Shown here: positions 18,505 to 28,105 of the stretch, one piece after another | How the letters are laid out: the number at the start of each line of letters is the position of its first letter | How positions within the stretch are numbered: the stretch's first letter is position 1 | DNA from: Limnochordia bacterium | GTDB taxonomy: Bacteria; Bacillota; Limnochordia; DTU087; JAAYGB01 | Assembly (NCBI GenBank): GCA_041687495.1 | Contig: JAWLBR010000003.1 | Location: 5,173-69,172 of the forward strand | DNA: 64,000 bases | Reading direction: 5' to 3' | Notes under the pieces: generated by a model | Seen by the model: the letters and a program-made list of their open reading frames with translations, nothing else | Told to the model about the DNA's origin: nothing | Databases searched by the model: none | Translations under genes and position numbers: made by a program

Positions 18505-19566
18505 TTAGTCCCACCAGAAAGTTCGATACTTCCTCATTGCCTCACACAATGCGGCCACGTTTTCGGGTGGAGTCGGAGGATATATGCCCGCCAGAAGTTC
18601 TAGTCCGCCTTCGGGCGAGCCGAGCTTGCGCACTTCTTCTGCGATGAGATCAAAGATTTCAGCTCGATCCCCGTAGGGCAGGATTTTCTGGCGGTCAATG
18701 TCGAGTCGGATGGCCACCTTGCCTTTGACATGCTGTGCTAGGTTATCGATCCCGTTGCAGAGATCCTGTGGATTAATGATGGTCACACCACAATCGATAA
18801 GGGAATCGATTAGGTCCATAATGTACCCATCGCTGTGGAAAGCGACCTGGCAGCCTGCTTGTCGGCAGGGTTGGATCAGTGATCTGTAGCCGGGAACAAA
18901 GAACTTATTAAGCATTGTCGGGCTGATCACTGACGAGGTCTGCGTTCCCAAATCTTCCCCAAACTCAATGAGCTCAACGCCCATACTCAGCCATTGATCC
19001 ACCAGCACCCGGTTGTGCTCTACAATCTGGTCGATCAGAGACAGCGCTCTTGGGTCTTCTTCGATCAAATCGTACATAGCGTTCTCAAAGCCGCGAAGAT
19101 AGGTGAAACGCATGAACAGGAATCCATGGGGGACTCCCCCGTAGGTGACCTCTCCTCTCTGCCTTAAGGATGTGACCAGCTCCCGAGCTCGATCCCAGTT
19201 GGCCGCTCCTCGATCAGCGGTGACCAGTGGATTGGGGACAGTGTACTGGTCCATCTTAGACAAGTCTGCCAATGGATGCTTGATGACAACGCCTTCGATG
19301 CCGTTGATGCTGGACTTCCAAACGCAGCCCCACGCATCCTCAAACTCCTCGTCCTTGCGATGAGCGGGGGGAAATGTTGGATGGACAAAGCTCTCCTCGT
19401 TCTGATCAGACTCGGGAAAGAACTCTGGAAAGTGCTTCGCCACCGCATGGAGTTCTTTTCCCCATTGGTCACGACTGGCGCTGGATATGTGAACGCGACA
19501 TGGAATCCACTCGGGACCTCCAAACGTGATCGTTCTTAGGTAGTTTTGGCGATTGGTGAGGGGCAT
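18505..19566 (-). CDS. URO-D-family protein, paralog 2
   Basis: Start at the ATG with SD AAGGAG (MPLTNRQNYLRTITFGGPEWIP...), which parallels the N-terminus of the 63047 paralog (MMTSRELVRQTLEFAGPTRIP). Immediately downstream of the family-5 SBP gene. Confidence 0.7.
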   Translation of the reverse strand: MPLTNRQNYLRTITFGGPEWIPCRVHISSASRDQWGKELHAVAKHFPEFFPESDQNEESFVHPTFPPAHRKDEEFEDAWGCVWKSSINGIEGVVIKHPLADLSKMDQYTVPNPLVTADRGAANWDRARELVTSLRQRGEVTYGGVPHGFLFMRFTYLRGFENAMYDLIEEDPRALSLIDQIVEHNRVLVDQWLSMGVELIEFGEDLGTQTSSVISPTMLNKFFVPGYRSLIQPCRQAGCQVAFHSDGYIMDLIDSLIDCGVTIINPQDLCNGIDNLAQHVKGKVAIRLDIDRQKILPYGDRAEIFDLIAEEVRKLGSPEGGLELLAGIYPPTPPENVAALCEAMRKYRTFWWD

Positions 19567-19638
19567 AGACTCACTCTCCTTATTCTGTGACCATGCCCTG
19601 GCCAGCAACAGTGTGCTAGCCAGGGTAAACTAGAATGA

Positions 19639-21549
19639 CTACTTCCTAAAGAAGAACTGTTCAGGATCCCGGGACATACTCCAATGAGTATCCCACGTCC
19701 ACAGGCCTTCTTCTGGGACATTACCAAGGTCTTTGTTGACGATGAGGATGTGGGGAACCATGCCGACCGTGCCGATTAGCCACAGGTTCTCTGCTTGGGA
19801 GCGCAGGATATTTTTCGCTATGTCTTTCCGCTCCTGATCATCCGGTTCGACTCTGACAGCTTCGTACCAATCCCACATGAGTTGGACCTCATCTGGAATC
19901 GTCTGCCCAATGTCGTCTCCCCGCTGCCACTTGTCTGCGAACTTCGGCCATGGGTAATCTCCACCTGGCCCAACCCATGGGTTAGCCGATGGGAAGGTAA
20001 TGTCCGTTGACCAGCCGCCGTGCCAGATTGAACATTCCAGCTGATTCGCTACCTGACGTGTGGTGTATAGCTCGCCAGAGATCTCTTTGCAGCTGACGTT
20101 TATCCCGGCTTCCTGCCAGTGTTGGGTGACTAACTGTACGACGTCGGTTTTCATCGGGTCTTCTACCGAGGCAAACTCGATTACAAAGGAGAACTTGTCC
20201 CCATTGGGCAAGTCCCGCCAGCCGTCACCATTTAGGTCAACTAGCCCCATGTCATCAAGCAGAGCTTTAGCCTTATCTGGATCAAAATCGACGTAGGCGT
20301 CAGCGAATTCCTGCTCAAAGTACCTGCTGCTGGGTAAAACCGTGAACTGGCGAATGACGCCTTGTCCAAAGTACAGCAGCTCGTTCAGCTCGTTGCGATC
20401 AATCGCCAGAGACATTGCCCTGCGGAAACGGACGTCGCGGAAGACTTCCCGCTTGTCTGCATTCTCGTGGCTGAGGTTGAAGTAGAAGAACACCTCAGTA
20501 CCGTTGCCACTTTGCCACAGCAGAGTGCGGTAACTGGATCCCCGCTCCTCGGCCTCACGGTATAGTGGATAGTCCTTAAGTGATGTGGTAAACCCGTCAA
20601 AGTCGATGTCACCGGCCAGCATCTTGGCGGTTGCAACCTGTGCATCGCTGACAATATCGACCTCAACACGGTCAATGTATGGCAGTTGGTTGCCGGCAGA
20701 ATCTACTTTCCAGTAATACGGATTACGCTCAAATATCCGCCGAGAGGAAGAGATATTTACGGGCATGTAAGGGGTCAGCACTGGAGCGCCAGGTACATCG
20801 GAAATGCAGACGTATCCGTGCATCTTTGCCCTAAATAGCTGGAACCACTCATGGTATCCTGCTTCCTTAACAGCAGCGTCAAGCTCATCCTTAGGGGTGT
20901 AGTTGGGGTGAAACTGTTTAAGATAGTGTTTCGGGACGATGATTCGATCCCGTTGTGGCGCTTTGGAGAATGGCATTCGCAGGAAAATCGGTTGCGGCTT
21001 TGGGAAGCTGAACTCGACGGTGTAATCGTCTATCTTGTTAACTTGTACGACCTCTCCCTCGACTTGCCAGTAGGCAGGGATCATGGGAGTCAGTTCTTTA
21101 TTGAGCAGAATGTCTTCGTACCAGAACATGATGTCATCTGCTGTATAGGGATGTCCGTCCGACCACTTCACGCCCCGGCGTAGACGCATGGTGAAGGTAG
21201 TGTAATCATCTGATGCCTCAATGCTCTTAGCAAAATGAGGCACTACGTCGCTACCGTCCGCCTTGGGATTAACAAACCCGTTGAAAGCATCAGTCACGAA
21301 GGCGACACCTAACGGGGTTGAGCTATAGGTGGTAAGTAAGCGAAGTTCTCCTCCATAGGCGCCAATAGCCTCTTCGGGTTCGACTACGTAGACATCTTCA
21401 GGGAGCCGCTCCGTCACTGGTGGAAGCTTACCCTCCTGTACCATTTGCTGTAGCATGGGCGCTTCATTGTAGTCCTGAGCGCTGGCAAGGCCTCCCAAGA
21501 GCAGGAAAAGTGACAACAACACCGTAATCGTAACGTTTTTACGCACCAA
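19639..21549 (-). CDS. ABC transporter substrate-binding protein, family 5 (peptide/oligosaccharide/nickel type), secreted
   Basis: 636 aa with signal peptide MVRKNVTITVLLSLFLLLGGLASAQ. GTG start with SD AAGGAGG. No cognate permease genes are adjacent. Confidence 0.85.
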   Translation of the reverse strand: MVRKNVTITVLLSLFLLLGGLASAQDYNEAPMLQQMVQEGKLPPVTERLPEDVYVVEPEEAIGAYGGELRLLTTYSSTPLGVAFVTDAFNGFVNPKADGSDVVPHFAKSIEASDDYTTFTMRLRRGVKWSDGHPYTADDIMFWYEDILLNKELTPMIPAYWQVEGEVVQVNKIDDYTVEFSFPKPQPIFLRMPFSKAPQRDRIIVPKHYLKQFHPNYTPKDELDAAVKEAGYHEWFQLFRAKMHGYVCISDVPGAPVLTPYMPVNISSSRRIFERNPYYWKVDSAGNQLPYIDRVEVDIVSDAQVATAKMLAGDIDFDGFTTSLKDYPLYREAEERGSSYRTLLWQSGNGTEVFFYFNLSHENADKREVFRDVRFRRAMSLAIDRNELNELLYFGQGVIRQFTVLPSSRYFEQEFADAYVDFDPDKAKALLDDMGLVDLNGDGWRDLPNGDKFSFVIEFASVEDPMKTDVVQLVTQHWQEAGINVSCKEISGELYTTRQVANQLECSIWHGGWSTDITFPSANPWVGPGGDYPWPKFADKWQRGDDIGQTIPDEVQLMWDWYEAVRVEPDDQERKDIAKNILRSQAENLWLIGTVGMVPHILIVNKDLGNVPEEGLWTWDTHWSMSRDPEQFFFRK

Positions 21550-21796
21550 GATGACCTCCTTATGAGTTGGCTTTGTATTTACTAATGATTGTAATTATCT
21601 GGCATCCCTCCCTCAAAGACGTATTCGTTTGGAATCGTCAGTGTCCTCTTAATTGGAGGGAAAAGGAGCGCAGGACAGGGTTGTGAGTGCTGCTATTCGT
21701 TGGCTAGCCCGTTGATAGGGATTTAGCCCCTAGGTCAATTGGGCCACAGTCGCATATGCCTATTACAAACACTGACTATCGGAGGGAGTATGGCAT

Positions 21797-22324
21797 ATGA
21801 GTATGCGAAGACCCCAATGCCGTCCAGGGACAATGCTCTATCGAGTCAGGCCAGGTGATACCTTTTACCGGATCGCCAGAGACGCAGGCATACCACTGGG
21901 AGAACTGATCTCTGCTAATCCGGGCGTGAACCCCGAACAGCTTCGGGTGGGGCAGTACGTATGCGTTCCTCGTAGGCGGCGTTTTCCCCGCTGCTCTCCG
22001 CGGGACACTGTTTACAGAGTCCGTCCAGGTGACACTATGTATGGGATTGCCGGCCGTTTTGGAGTCTCCTTAAGTGCTTTGCTAGACGCCAATCCGCTCA
22101 CCGACCCCAACTATTTGGGAATCGGTGAAGTGATCTGCATCCCCAGACGATCTCGACCTCGGGTGTGCCCGCCGGCTGCCGGTCCGTACGTAATTAGGCC
22201 TGGAGATACCTTCTATCAGCTAGCGCGTCGATTCGGATTAACCGTACGGGAACTAATCGACGCCAATCCCGATGTGAACCCGAACGCGCTCATTGTGGGA
22301 CAGACCATCTGTATTCCTGAATGA
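21797..22324 (+). CDS. Protein with three tandem LysM peptidoglycan-binding domains
   Basis: Three repeats of YRVRPGDTxYxIAxxxGxxLxxLxxANP...GQxxCIP, each separated by a Cys-containing CxPRR linker. 175 aa, no catalytic domain. Confidence 0.8.
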   Translation: MSMRRPQCRPGTMLYRVRPGDTFYRIARDAGIPLGELISANPGVNPEQLRVGQYVCVPRRRRFPRCSPRDTVYRVRPGDTMYGIAGRFGVSLSALLDANPLTDPNYLGIGEVICIPRRSRPRVCPPAAGPYVIRPGDTFYQLARRFGLTVRELIDANPDVNPNALIVGQTICIPE

Positions 22325-22347
22325 CCCTCTGCCCCCTTGCAGGTACT

Positions 22348-22382
22348 GAAGCCTTTTCACGAAGCTTGAGTGAGAAGGCTTC
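22348..22382 (+). terminator. Stem-loop downstream of the LysM gene
   Basis: gaagcctt (22348-22355) pairs with aaggcttc (22375-22382). There is no clean U-run, so this is a weak call. Confidence 0.35.
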
Positions 22383-22657
22383 GTGCGCGTTCTGACCGTG
22401 CGGGTTCGAGAACGGCTTTGCGAGTGGGAGCGACACAAGTGACAGATTTATCTGTTTGTACAGGGGTTTACTCGGGTATGTAGAAACCTGGTGGTAGATA
22501 TTGTCTCAACCGCTAATGCCGTTAGGTGAATGTCGCAGGTGCCCGCAAGCAGCCAAGGGAGCCAGTGACGCTGCCGGGAGTTGGGGCAAACTGGTTGGGG
22601 GATAATCCAACTGTAGTTGACATTTCTTGTTGCTAAATCACATGTAGGAGTTGGTTC

Positions 22658-23512
22658 TTGATGAAGTCCTTAACCGATACTTATGTTCTGCACAATGGAG
22701 TCAAGATTCCTTGCGTCGGGTTTGGTACTTGGCAGACACCCAACGGAGAGACCGCCGTCTCTGCGGTAAAAGACGCCCTGAAGGTAGGCTATCGGCACAT
22801 TGACACCGCAGCGGGATACGGAAATGAAGAGAGTGTTGGAGTTGCGGTAAAGGAAAGCGGTATTCCCCGAAAAGAGATTTTTGTTACCAGTAAGCTGCAG
22901 AACTCCCACCATGGGTACGACCTAACTATGCAGGCCTTTGAAGAGACTATGGCCAAGCTAGACCTGGGCTATCTAGACCTGTATCTCATCCATTGGCCAA
23001 ATCCCATCAAATTCAGAGACCACTGGGAAGAAGCCAATGCGGGGACATGGAAGGCCTTTGAAGAGTTGTATGAGGCCGGAAAGATTCGTGCCATCGGCAT
23101 CAGCAATTTCATGCCCCATCACATCGATGCGCTGCTGAAGACGGCGAAGGTGGTGCCGATGGTTAATCAGATCCGCCTTTGTCCTGGAGAAACGCAGCCT
23201 GAGACCTCGCAGTACTGCCGGCAGCACAACATATTGCTGGAGGCTTACAGCCCTCTAGGTACCGGCCAAGTATTTGAAGTGCCTGAGATGAAGACCCTGG
23301 CGGAGAAGTATGGCAAGAGTATCGCCCAGATCTGCCTGCGCTGGAGTCTGCAGATGGGGTATCTGCCGCTGCCGAAGTCTGTAACCCCATCCCGCATCAA
23401 GGAGAACGCGGAGATCTTTGACTTTGAGCTTTCTGCCGAAGACGTTGAGACCATAGCTAGCCTGAAGGATTGCTGCGGTCCGACTAAGGATCCAGACACC
23501 ACCACGTTCTAG
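22658..23512 (+). CDS. Aldo/keto reductase (AKR, 2,5-diketo-D-gluconate reductase/YvgN-like)
   Basis: 284 aa with IDTAAGYGNEESVG, LYLIHWP and IRAIGISNF motifs. SD GTAGGAG. Confidence 0.9.
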   Translation: MMKSLTDTYVLHNGVKIPCVGFGTWQTPNGETAVSAVKDALKVGYRHIDTAAGYGNEESVGVAVKESGIPRKEIFVTSKLQNSHHGYDLTMQAFEETMAKLDLGYLDLYLIHWPNPIKFRDHWEEANAGTWKAFEELYEAGKIRAIGISNFMPHHIDALLKTAKVVPMVNQIRLCPGETQPETSQYCRQHNILLEAYSPLGTGQVFEVPEMKTLAEKYGKSIAQICLRWSLQMGYLPLPKSVTPSRIKENAEIFDFELSAEDVETIASLKDCCGPTKDPDTTTF

Positions 23513-23526
23513 AAGGGGGAGTTACA

Positions 23527-24444
23527 ATGAGGACCATCAGACTTGGCGCATCCGATCTGCAGGTACCCGTAGTTGCAGTCGGGTGTATGCGGATCTCATC
23601 GCTGGATAAGAAGCAAGCCGAGACTTTTGTCCAGACAGCGCTCGATGAAGGAGCTTACTTCTTCGACCACGCCGACATCTACGGCGGTGGCACCTGCGAG
23701 GAGATCTTCGCCGAGGCTATTCACATGAACGATGACGTGCGGGAGAAGATCATCATTCAGTCCAAGTGCGGCATTCGCAAGGGTCTGTTCGACTTCTCCA
23801 AGGAGCATATTCTGCACTCAGTGGATGGAAGCCTAAAGCGGCTCAAGACAGACTATCTTGACGTTCTGCTGTTGCATCGCCCAGATGCCTTAGTGGAGCC
23901 GGAGGAAGTAGCAGAGGCCTTTGATGTGCTGCAGAGCAGCGGCAAGGTTCGGCACTTTGGAGTGTCCAACCAAAACTCCATGCAGATGGAGCTGTTGCGA
24001 AAGTCCCTCCATCATCCTATTGTCGCAAATCAGCTGCAGTTTGGTATCGCCCACGCCACGATGGTGAGTGCAGGTATCAACGTCAACATGCAAAATGATT
24101 CGGCGGTCAATCGGGATGGTAGCGTACTTGACTACTGCAGACTCAATGATATCACCGTTCAGCCCTGGTCACCTTTCCAATATGGCTTCTTCGAAGGCGT
24201 ATTTCTAGGCAGCGACAAATTCCCAGAGTTGAACCAGAAGATCGATGAGATTGCGGGCAAATACCAGGTGTCAAACACCACCATCGCCATCGCATGGATC
24301 CTGCGCCATCCCGCCAACATGCAGCCCATCGTAGGAACTATGAATGTGAATAGACTCAAGGACTGCTGCAAGGCTGCCGATATCCGCCTCACCCGTGAGG
24401 AATGGTACGAGATCTATCGGGCGGCAGGGAATGTACTGCCGTAA
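23527..24444 (+). CDS. Aldo/keto reductase (Tas/YhdN-like subfamily)
   Basis: 305 aa with DHADIYGGGTCEE, LLLHRPD and HFGVSNQ. SD AAGGGGGAG. Confidence 0.9.
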   Translation: MRTIRLGASDLQVPVVAVGCMRISSLDKKQAETFVQTALDEGAYFFDHADIYGGGTCEEIFAEAIHMNDDVREKIIIQSKCGIRKGLFDFSKEHILHSVDGSLKRLKTDYLDVLLLHRPDALVEPEEVAEAFDVLQSSGKVRHFGVSNQNSMQMELLRKSLHHPIVANQLQFGIAHATMVSAGINVNMQNDSAVNRDGSVLDYCRLNDITVQPWSPFQYGFFEGVFLGSDKFPELNQKIDEIAGKYQVSNTTIAIAWILRHPANMQPIVGTMNVNRLKDCCKAADIRLTREEWYEIYRAAGNVLP

Positions 24445-24522
24445 ACAGAGCGGTAACCAGAGAGTGTTGAGAACCTCGGGAGCTGTCGTATTGGGGCAGA
24501 ATAGGTAAGCTAGGGGGACAAG

Positions 24523-24554
24523 GGAGCACCTGACATTGGTGCTCCTTTCTTTTG
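24523..24554 (+). terminator. Intrinsic terminator after the AKR pair
   Basis: ggagcacc (24523-24530), loop tgacatt, ggtgctcc (24538-24545), then TTTCTTTTG. Confidence 0.55.
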
Positions 24555-24632
24555 ACCTTTAGTCTTGCTGTCCAGACATTTTCTAGCCATAACCCAGGGG
24601 AATCTCGGCGTTAATTGGCGCCTTTATGAGCA

Positions 24633-26516
24633 TCAGCCCATACTGATCTCTATCGTATGCTTCCCTGAATCCATGGCAGCAACTGCCCGCAGGTTTAGCC
24701 TGAATAGTTTGTCTCCCCAAATATCCCTCATTGCTTCATCGTCTAGAGGTATGGGCTCGGGCGATGCCTCAAACATGTCCCCATCGTAGCGGATAATCAC
24801 TTTTCTTCGGTTCTCGCCTTGCAGCACAATCTTCCCCGGTGTCTCGACTTGGGGAAGGTGCGGGCTCATCAATATGAGCGTAATCTCATTTATAGCACGC
24901 TGTAGTTGAAACTTATCTGTAATTTCGACGCGGGGGCGTGGGCCACGGATCAAACTAAATGTACGAATCCAGCCCTTGATTTCAGCTGATTCTGGGTAGG
25001 CTCCTGCAATGTTCATCGATAGTGTAGTAAACTTCTCCTCTTGGTGGTAATCGATTTCGCCAGGGCGATACTGTCGTCCATCCTTCTGCTGCACTCCGTT
25101 CACCATAGGTACATTGTGGTACGCTGATTGCATCGCCCAGATATTATAGCGCTCCGCAAAGAACGACTTTGCAGTATAAGTCAGTACTCCGGGATCGACA
25201 ACCATTGGGGTACCGTCACAGTATACGATGAAACTGCCAATGTCATTGTGGTTGTGGCTTTCGGCGTTGTGTCCCCCCTTGGCGGCAAGGTATAGGCCTT
25301 TAGGTGTCCCCTCGTGCTCCCGGGCAACCATCATCTGTGTCTCGGCGAGCCAGGCATCCCTGATGTAGGGCGATTCACCGTTGTCGTTCTCCATTTCTCT
25401 GTAGCTAAATAGAGCATGTAGGAGACGGAACATGTCCCCGAATTCTTGGGTAGTTGAGTTTTCTCCCGACCTTTTAAGCACCGCTGTTCCCAAGCCACAT
25501 AGTCTAGCGTCGCCAATCCGGCGGCCAAATCGATAGGTCAGTTCGGCGGGGATATTTATCTTGGCGGGACTGTCGGCGAAGTTGACGTAATAGGAGTCAG
25601 CGATGAACGCCTTGTAGATATAGCGACCTATCTGCTTAATAAGGGCATTTTGGTAGACATCGATTTTGGCCTCAGATGCACTGTGAAGCAGCTCAAGGCA
25701 ATCAAGCAGCTTCCCTCCTGCATACGTCCAGTACTTTGGCCCTTCCTCACAACCGCCATCTGTGGGAAGGCGGTGGATGTAGCTATCCAGGCTGCGCATG
25801 ACCTTTGCCACTGCTTGTACACGGCGTTGTGGATCATTCTCCAGAAGCAAAAAAGCTGCTAGGCAATTTGAGTTGCACCACGGATTCCAGTTGTTGAGCA
25901 TCGGTTCCTGATTGAAACCCATCCACCAGAAATCGGTTCGGCGCAGATATGGATCAAGGACACGTCTCTTGACTTCAAGAGAGATGCGCTCGCAGACCAT
26001 GATGCTGATTAAGTCGAGCTTGGACTTGAGCAGGTAGTATGTCCAGGCGAGTAAGGCTGCAGTCTCAGCGGAAAACAGTTCAATAATCTGATCAGACACA
26101 TCCGGAAGTGGATCGTGCCTTTTCATCATGTACCCATTTCCGGGAATGCCCCAAAAGGTTTCCTCGCAGATACACCAGATCCCATTGATAATGTCATCCA
26201 AAAAACGCCCGTGATGCTCGATACATTCTGCGACTACCAGGGAAGCTAAGTCCTGCCTTCTTTGCCACGAAATGGTGTCATATCTATTCCGATTGCCCGT
26301 CCTACTGTAATCCATATATTGAGTCGCGGTGATGGTTGGCCAAGAGTGGTTTAGTCTCTTCATTCCTTGCTTAACCCAAAACCTCTTCAGCGACAGCGGC
26401 AATGTATCCCACTGCTCCCGCTCCTCGATGGTCGGAAATGGCCTGTAAGCTTCTCGTGGTACCAGGATTTCCTCCAGGCTTTCGGTATCATAGCGTTCTA
26501 GTAACACCAACATCAT
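24633..26516 (-). CDS. Heparinase II/III-like (alpha/alpha-toroid polysaccharide lyase family) protein, cytoplasmic
   Basis: About 627 aa with no signal peptide. The N-terminus ...EEILVPREAYRPFPTIEEREQW... and the overall length recall Firmicutes heparinase II/III family proteins. Family assignment is from memory and not verified. Start ambiguous (TTG 26525 or ATG 26516/26513). Confidence 0.5.
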   Translation of the reverse strand: MMLVLLERYDTESLEEILVPREAYRPFPTIEEREQWDTLPLSLKRFWVKQGMKRLNHSWPTITATQYMDYSRTGNRNRYDTISWQRRQDLASLVVAECIEHHGRFLDDIINGIWCICEETFWGIPGNGYMMKRHDPLPDVSDQIIELFSAETAALLAWTYYLLKSKLDLISIMVCERISLEVKRRVLDPYLRRTDFWWMGFNQEPMLNNWNPWCNSNCLAAFLLLENDPQRRVQAVAKVMRSLDSYIHRLPTDGGCEEGPKYWTYAGGKLLDCLELLHSASEAKIDVYQNALIKQIGRYIYKAFIADSYYVNFADSPAKINIPAELTYRFGRRIGDARLCGLGTAVLKRSGENSTTQEFGDMFRLLHALFSYREMENDNGESPYIRDAWLAETQMMVAREHEGTPKGLYLAAKGGHNAESHNHNDIGSFIVYCDGTPMVVDPGVLTYTAKSFFAERYNIWAMQSAYHNVPMVNGVQQKDGRQYRPGEIDYHQEEKFTTLSMNIAGAYPESAEIKGWIRTFSLIRGPRPRVEITDKFQLQRAINEITLILMSPHLPQVETPGKIVLQGENRRKVIIRYDGDMFEASPEPIPLDDEAMRDIWGDKLFRLNLRAVAAMDSGKHTIEISMG

Positions 26517-26708
26517 TCCCTTCAAACCCTCAACTCCACATGAGGTCGCAATCCTTGTAGATGATGCATTCCTGTCCTGCCATCGGGGTTCCTGTGGGAA
26601 GAGAGAACTTTGGTCGGGATGTCTCTCAGGAAAAGGATCCGTTCCTCAGGTATGGTATAAGTTCACAAAGGAGATTGGTCATTTTCGAGGGGAGCTGGAT
26701 TCGGAGTT

Positions 26709-27494
26709 ATGAGTGACATAAGCAGATGCGACAACGTGCAGCAATTCTACGATCAGTTGGCCGACAAGTATCATCAGATTTTTGCTGACTGGAGGTCAGC
26801 GGTAGTAGCGCAGGGGAGAATTCTCGACGATGTGATCCGCCGATACGTTAGCAAGGACAAGCTGAGCATTTTGGATTGCTCCTGCGGCATTGGGACCCAG
26901 GCTATTGGGTTGGCGTTGAAGGGACACCAGGTGTCTGCCAGCGATATCAGTGCCAAAGAGGTAGAGCGAGCTCAGGCAGAATCGAAGAGTTTTGGCGTCG
27001 AAGTTGCCTATCGGCAGGCGGACATGCGACAGCTTGCCTTTGAAGTCCCTGGTCAATTCGATGCGGTGATCTCTTGCGACAATGCGCTGCCTCATCTCCT
27101 AACTGATGCGGACCTGAATCAGGCCGTGAAGAGTATGTGGGCAAAGCTTGAGCCCGGTGGACTGCTCTTGGTCAGCATCAGAGACTACGATGGTCTCGGG
27201 GATCAAAAGCCAAAACTCGGTTCGACGGGTGTGTTTCAGGAAACTGATGGCATGAGAGCTCGTTTCCAGGTGTGGGAGTGGCACGACGGCGAGACATACA
27301 CAGTTCATCAGTTTCTTCTGGAGCAAGAGGGTCGCGACTGGGCCACATCACACTATGAGACAACCTACAGAGCACTGAAAAGGAAAACACTGTCGGAGCT
27401 TCTTTCCCAGGCAGGATTCACCGGAATCGAATGGTTGATGCCCGAACAGTCAGGCTACTACCAGCCCATTGTGGTGGCGCGCAAGGCTCTGTAG
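26709..27494 (+). CDS. Class I SAM-dependent methyltransferase
   Basis: Motif I LDCSCGIGTQAIGLA, acidic motif II, 261 aa. Confidence 0.85.
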   Translation: MSDISRCDNVQQFYDQLADKYHQIFADWRSAVVAQGRILDDVIRRYVSKDKLSILDCSCGIGTQAIGLALKGHQVSASDISAKEVERAQAESKSFGVEVAYRQADMRQLAFEVPGQFDAVISCDNALPHLLTDADLNQAVKSMWAKLEPGGLLLVSIRDYDGLGDQKPKLGSTGVFQETDGMRARFQVWEWHDGETYTVHQFLLEQEGRDWATSHYETTYRALKRKTLSELLSQAGFTGIEWLMPEQSGYYQPIVVARKAL

Positions 27495-27640
27495 GGCTGC
27501 AAGTAACGAAGCCGCCGTGAATCCGCAGACCTTCTACAAAGCCTGTAGGTTCAGCAAGGAATATCTGCCTCGCGGCATGGAATTCTAGGGGCAACGGCGG
27601 TGTCGCGGCGTTCTTTGGGAGATCTCGGGAGGACTCACAG

Positions 27641-28105
27641 ATGCAGCACAGAGAGCATGGAAAACTCATCAGGGAATTGAAAAGCCTTAAGGGTGAAATC
27701 GGCAGCAAGCAGGCAAAGCGGCTCAATCTGAAGCTTTTGCAGAGTGCCGCGAACAAAATGCGAAGCTTTGCCATTGACTGCAACGAGTGCGAAAAACACC
27801 TCGAAGACCTAACTGGTCATGTAGAACTCATCAGGAGTAGGCACGGGAAGCTAGAAAGACGTGAACTCCGACAGCATCAACGTCTGCTAAACGGAATTGT
27901 CCTTCACATGCGAAAAAAGCACAAGCTGGTGGCCGAAGGGTACTATTCGGGCGTAGGGATGTCCTTTGGCATGAGCCTTGGGCTAGGAATAGGACTTGGG
28001 ATGTTTGGCAACCCCGCTGTCGGTATAGCCGTTGGATTAGCTGCCGGTATAGGTGTTGGAGCTGCCCTAGATAACAACGCCAAGAAGAAAGGAAGGGTAA
28101 TCTAG
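27641..28105 (+). CDS. Small protein with an N-terminal helical domain and a C-terminal glycine-zipper membrane segment
   Basis: 154 aa. C-terminus GVGMSFGMSLGLGIGLGMFGNPAVGIAVGLAAGIGVGAALDNNAKKKG with GxxxG repeats. Its stop TAG overlaps by 1 nt the GTG start of the next gene. Confidence 0.6.
   Translation: MQHREHGKLIRELKSLKGEIGSKQAKRLNLKLLQSAANKMRSFAIDCNECEKHLEDLTGHVELIRSRHGKLERRELRQHQRLLNGIVLHMRKKHKLVAEGYYSGVGMSFGMSLGLGIGLGMFGNPAVGIAVGLAAGIGVGAALDNNAKKKGRVI

Noticed and set aside
22396-22412. tRNA-like T-loop sequence gcgggttcgagaa
   Set aside because: No acceptor stem, D-arm or anticodon arm can be folded around it. It is an isolated similarity.
23596-24392. Minus-strand ORFs inside the second AKR gene, and similar antisense ORFs within prfC, ftsH, the sulfatase and other genes
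   Set aside because: These are shadow ORFs opposite strongly supported genes. They show no signals or motifs.
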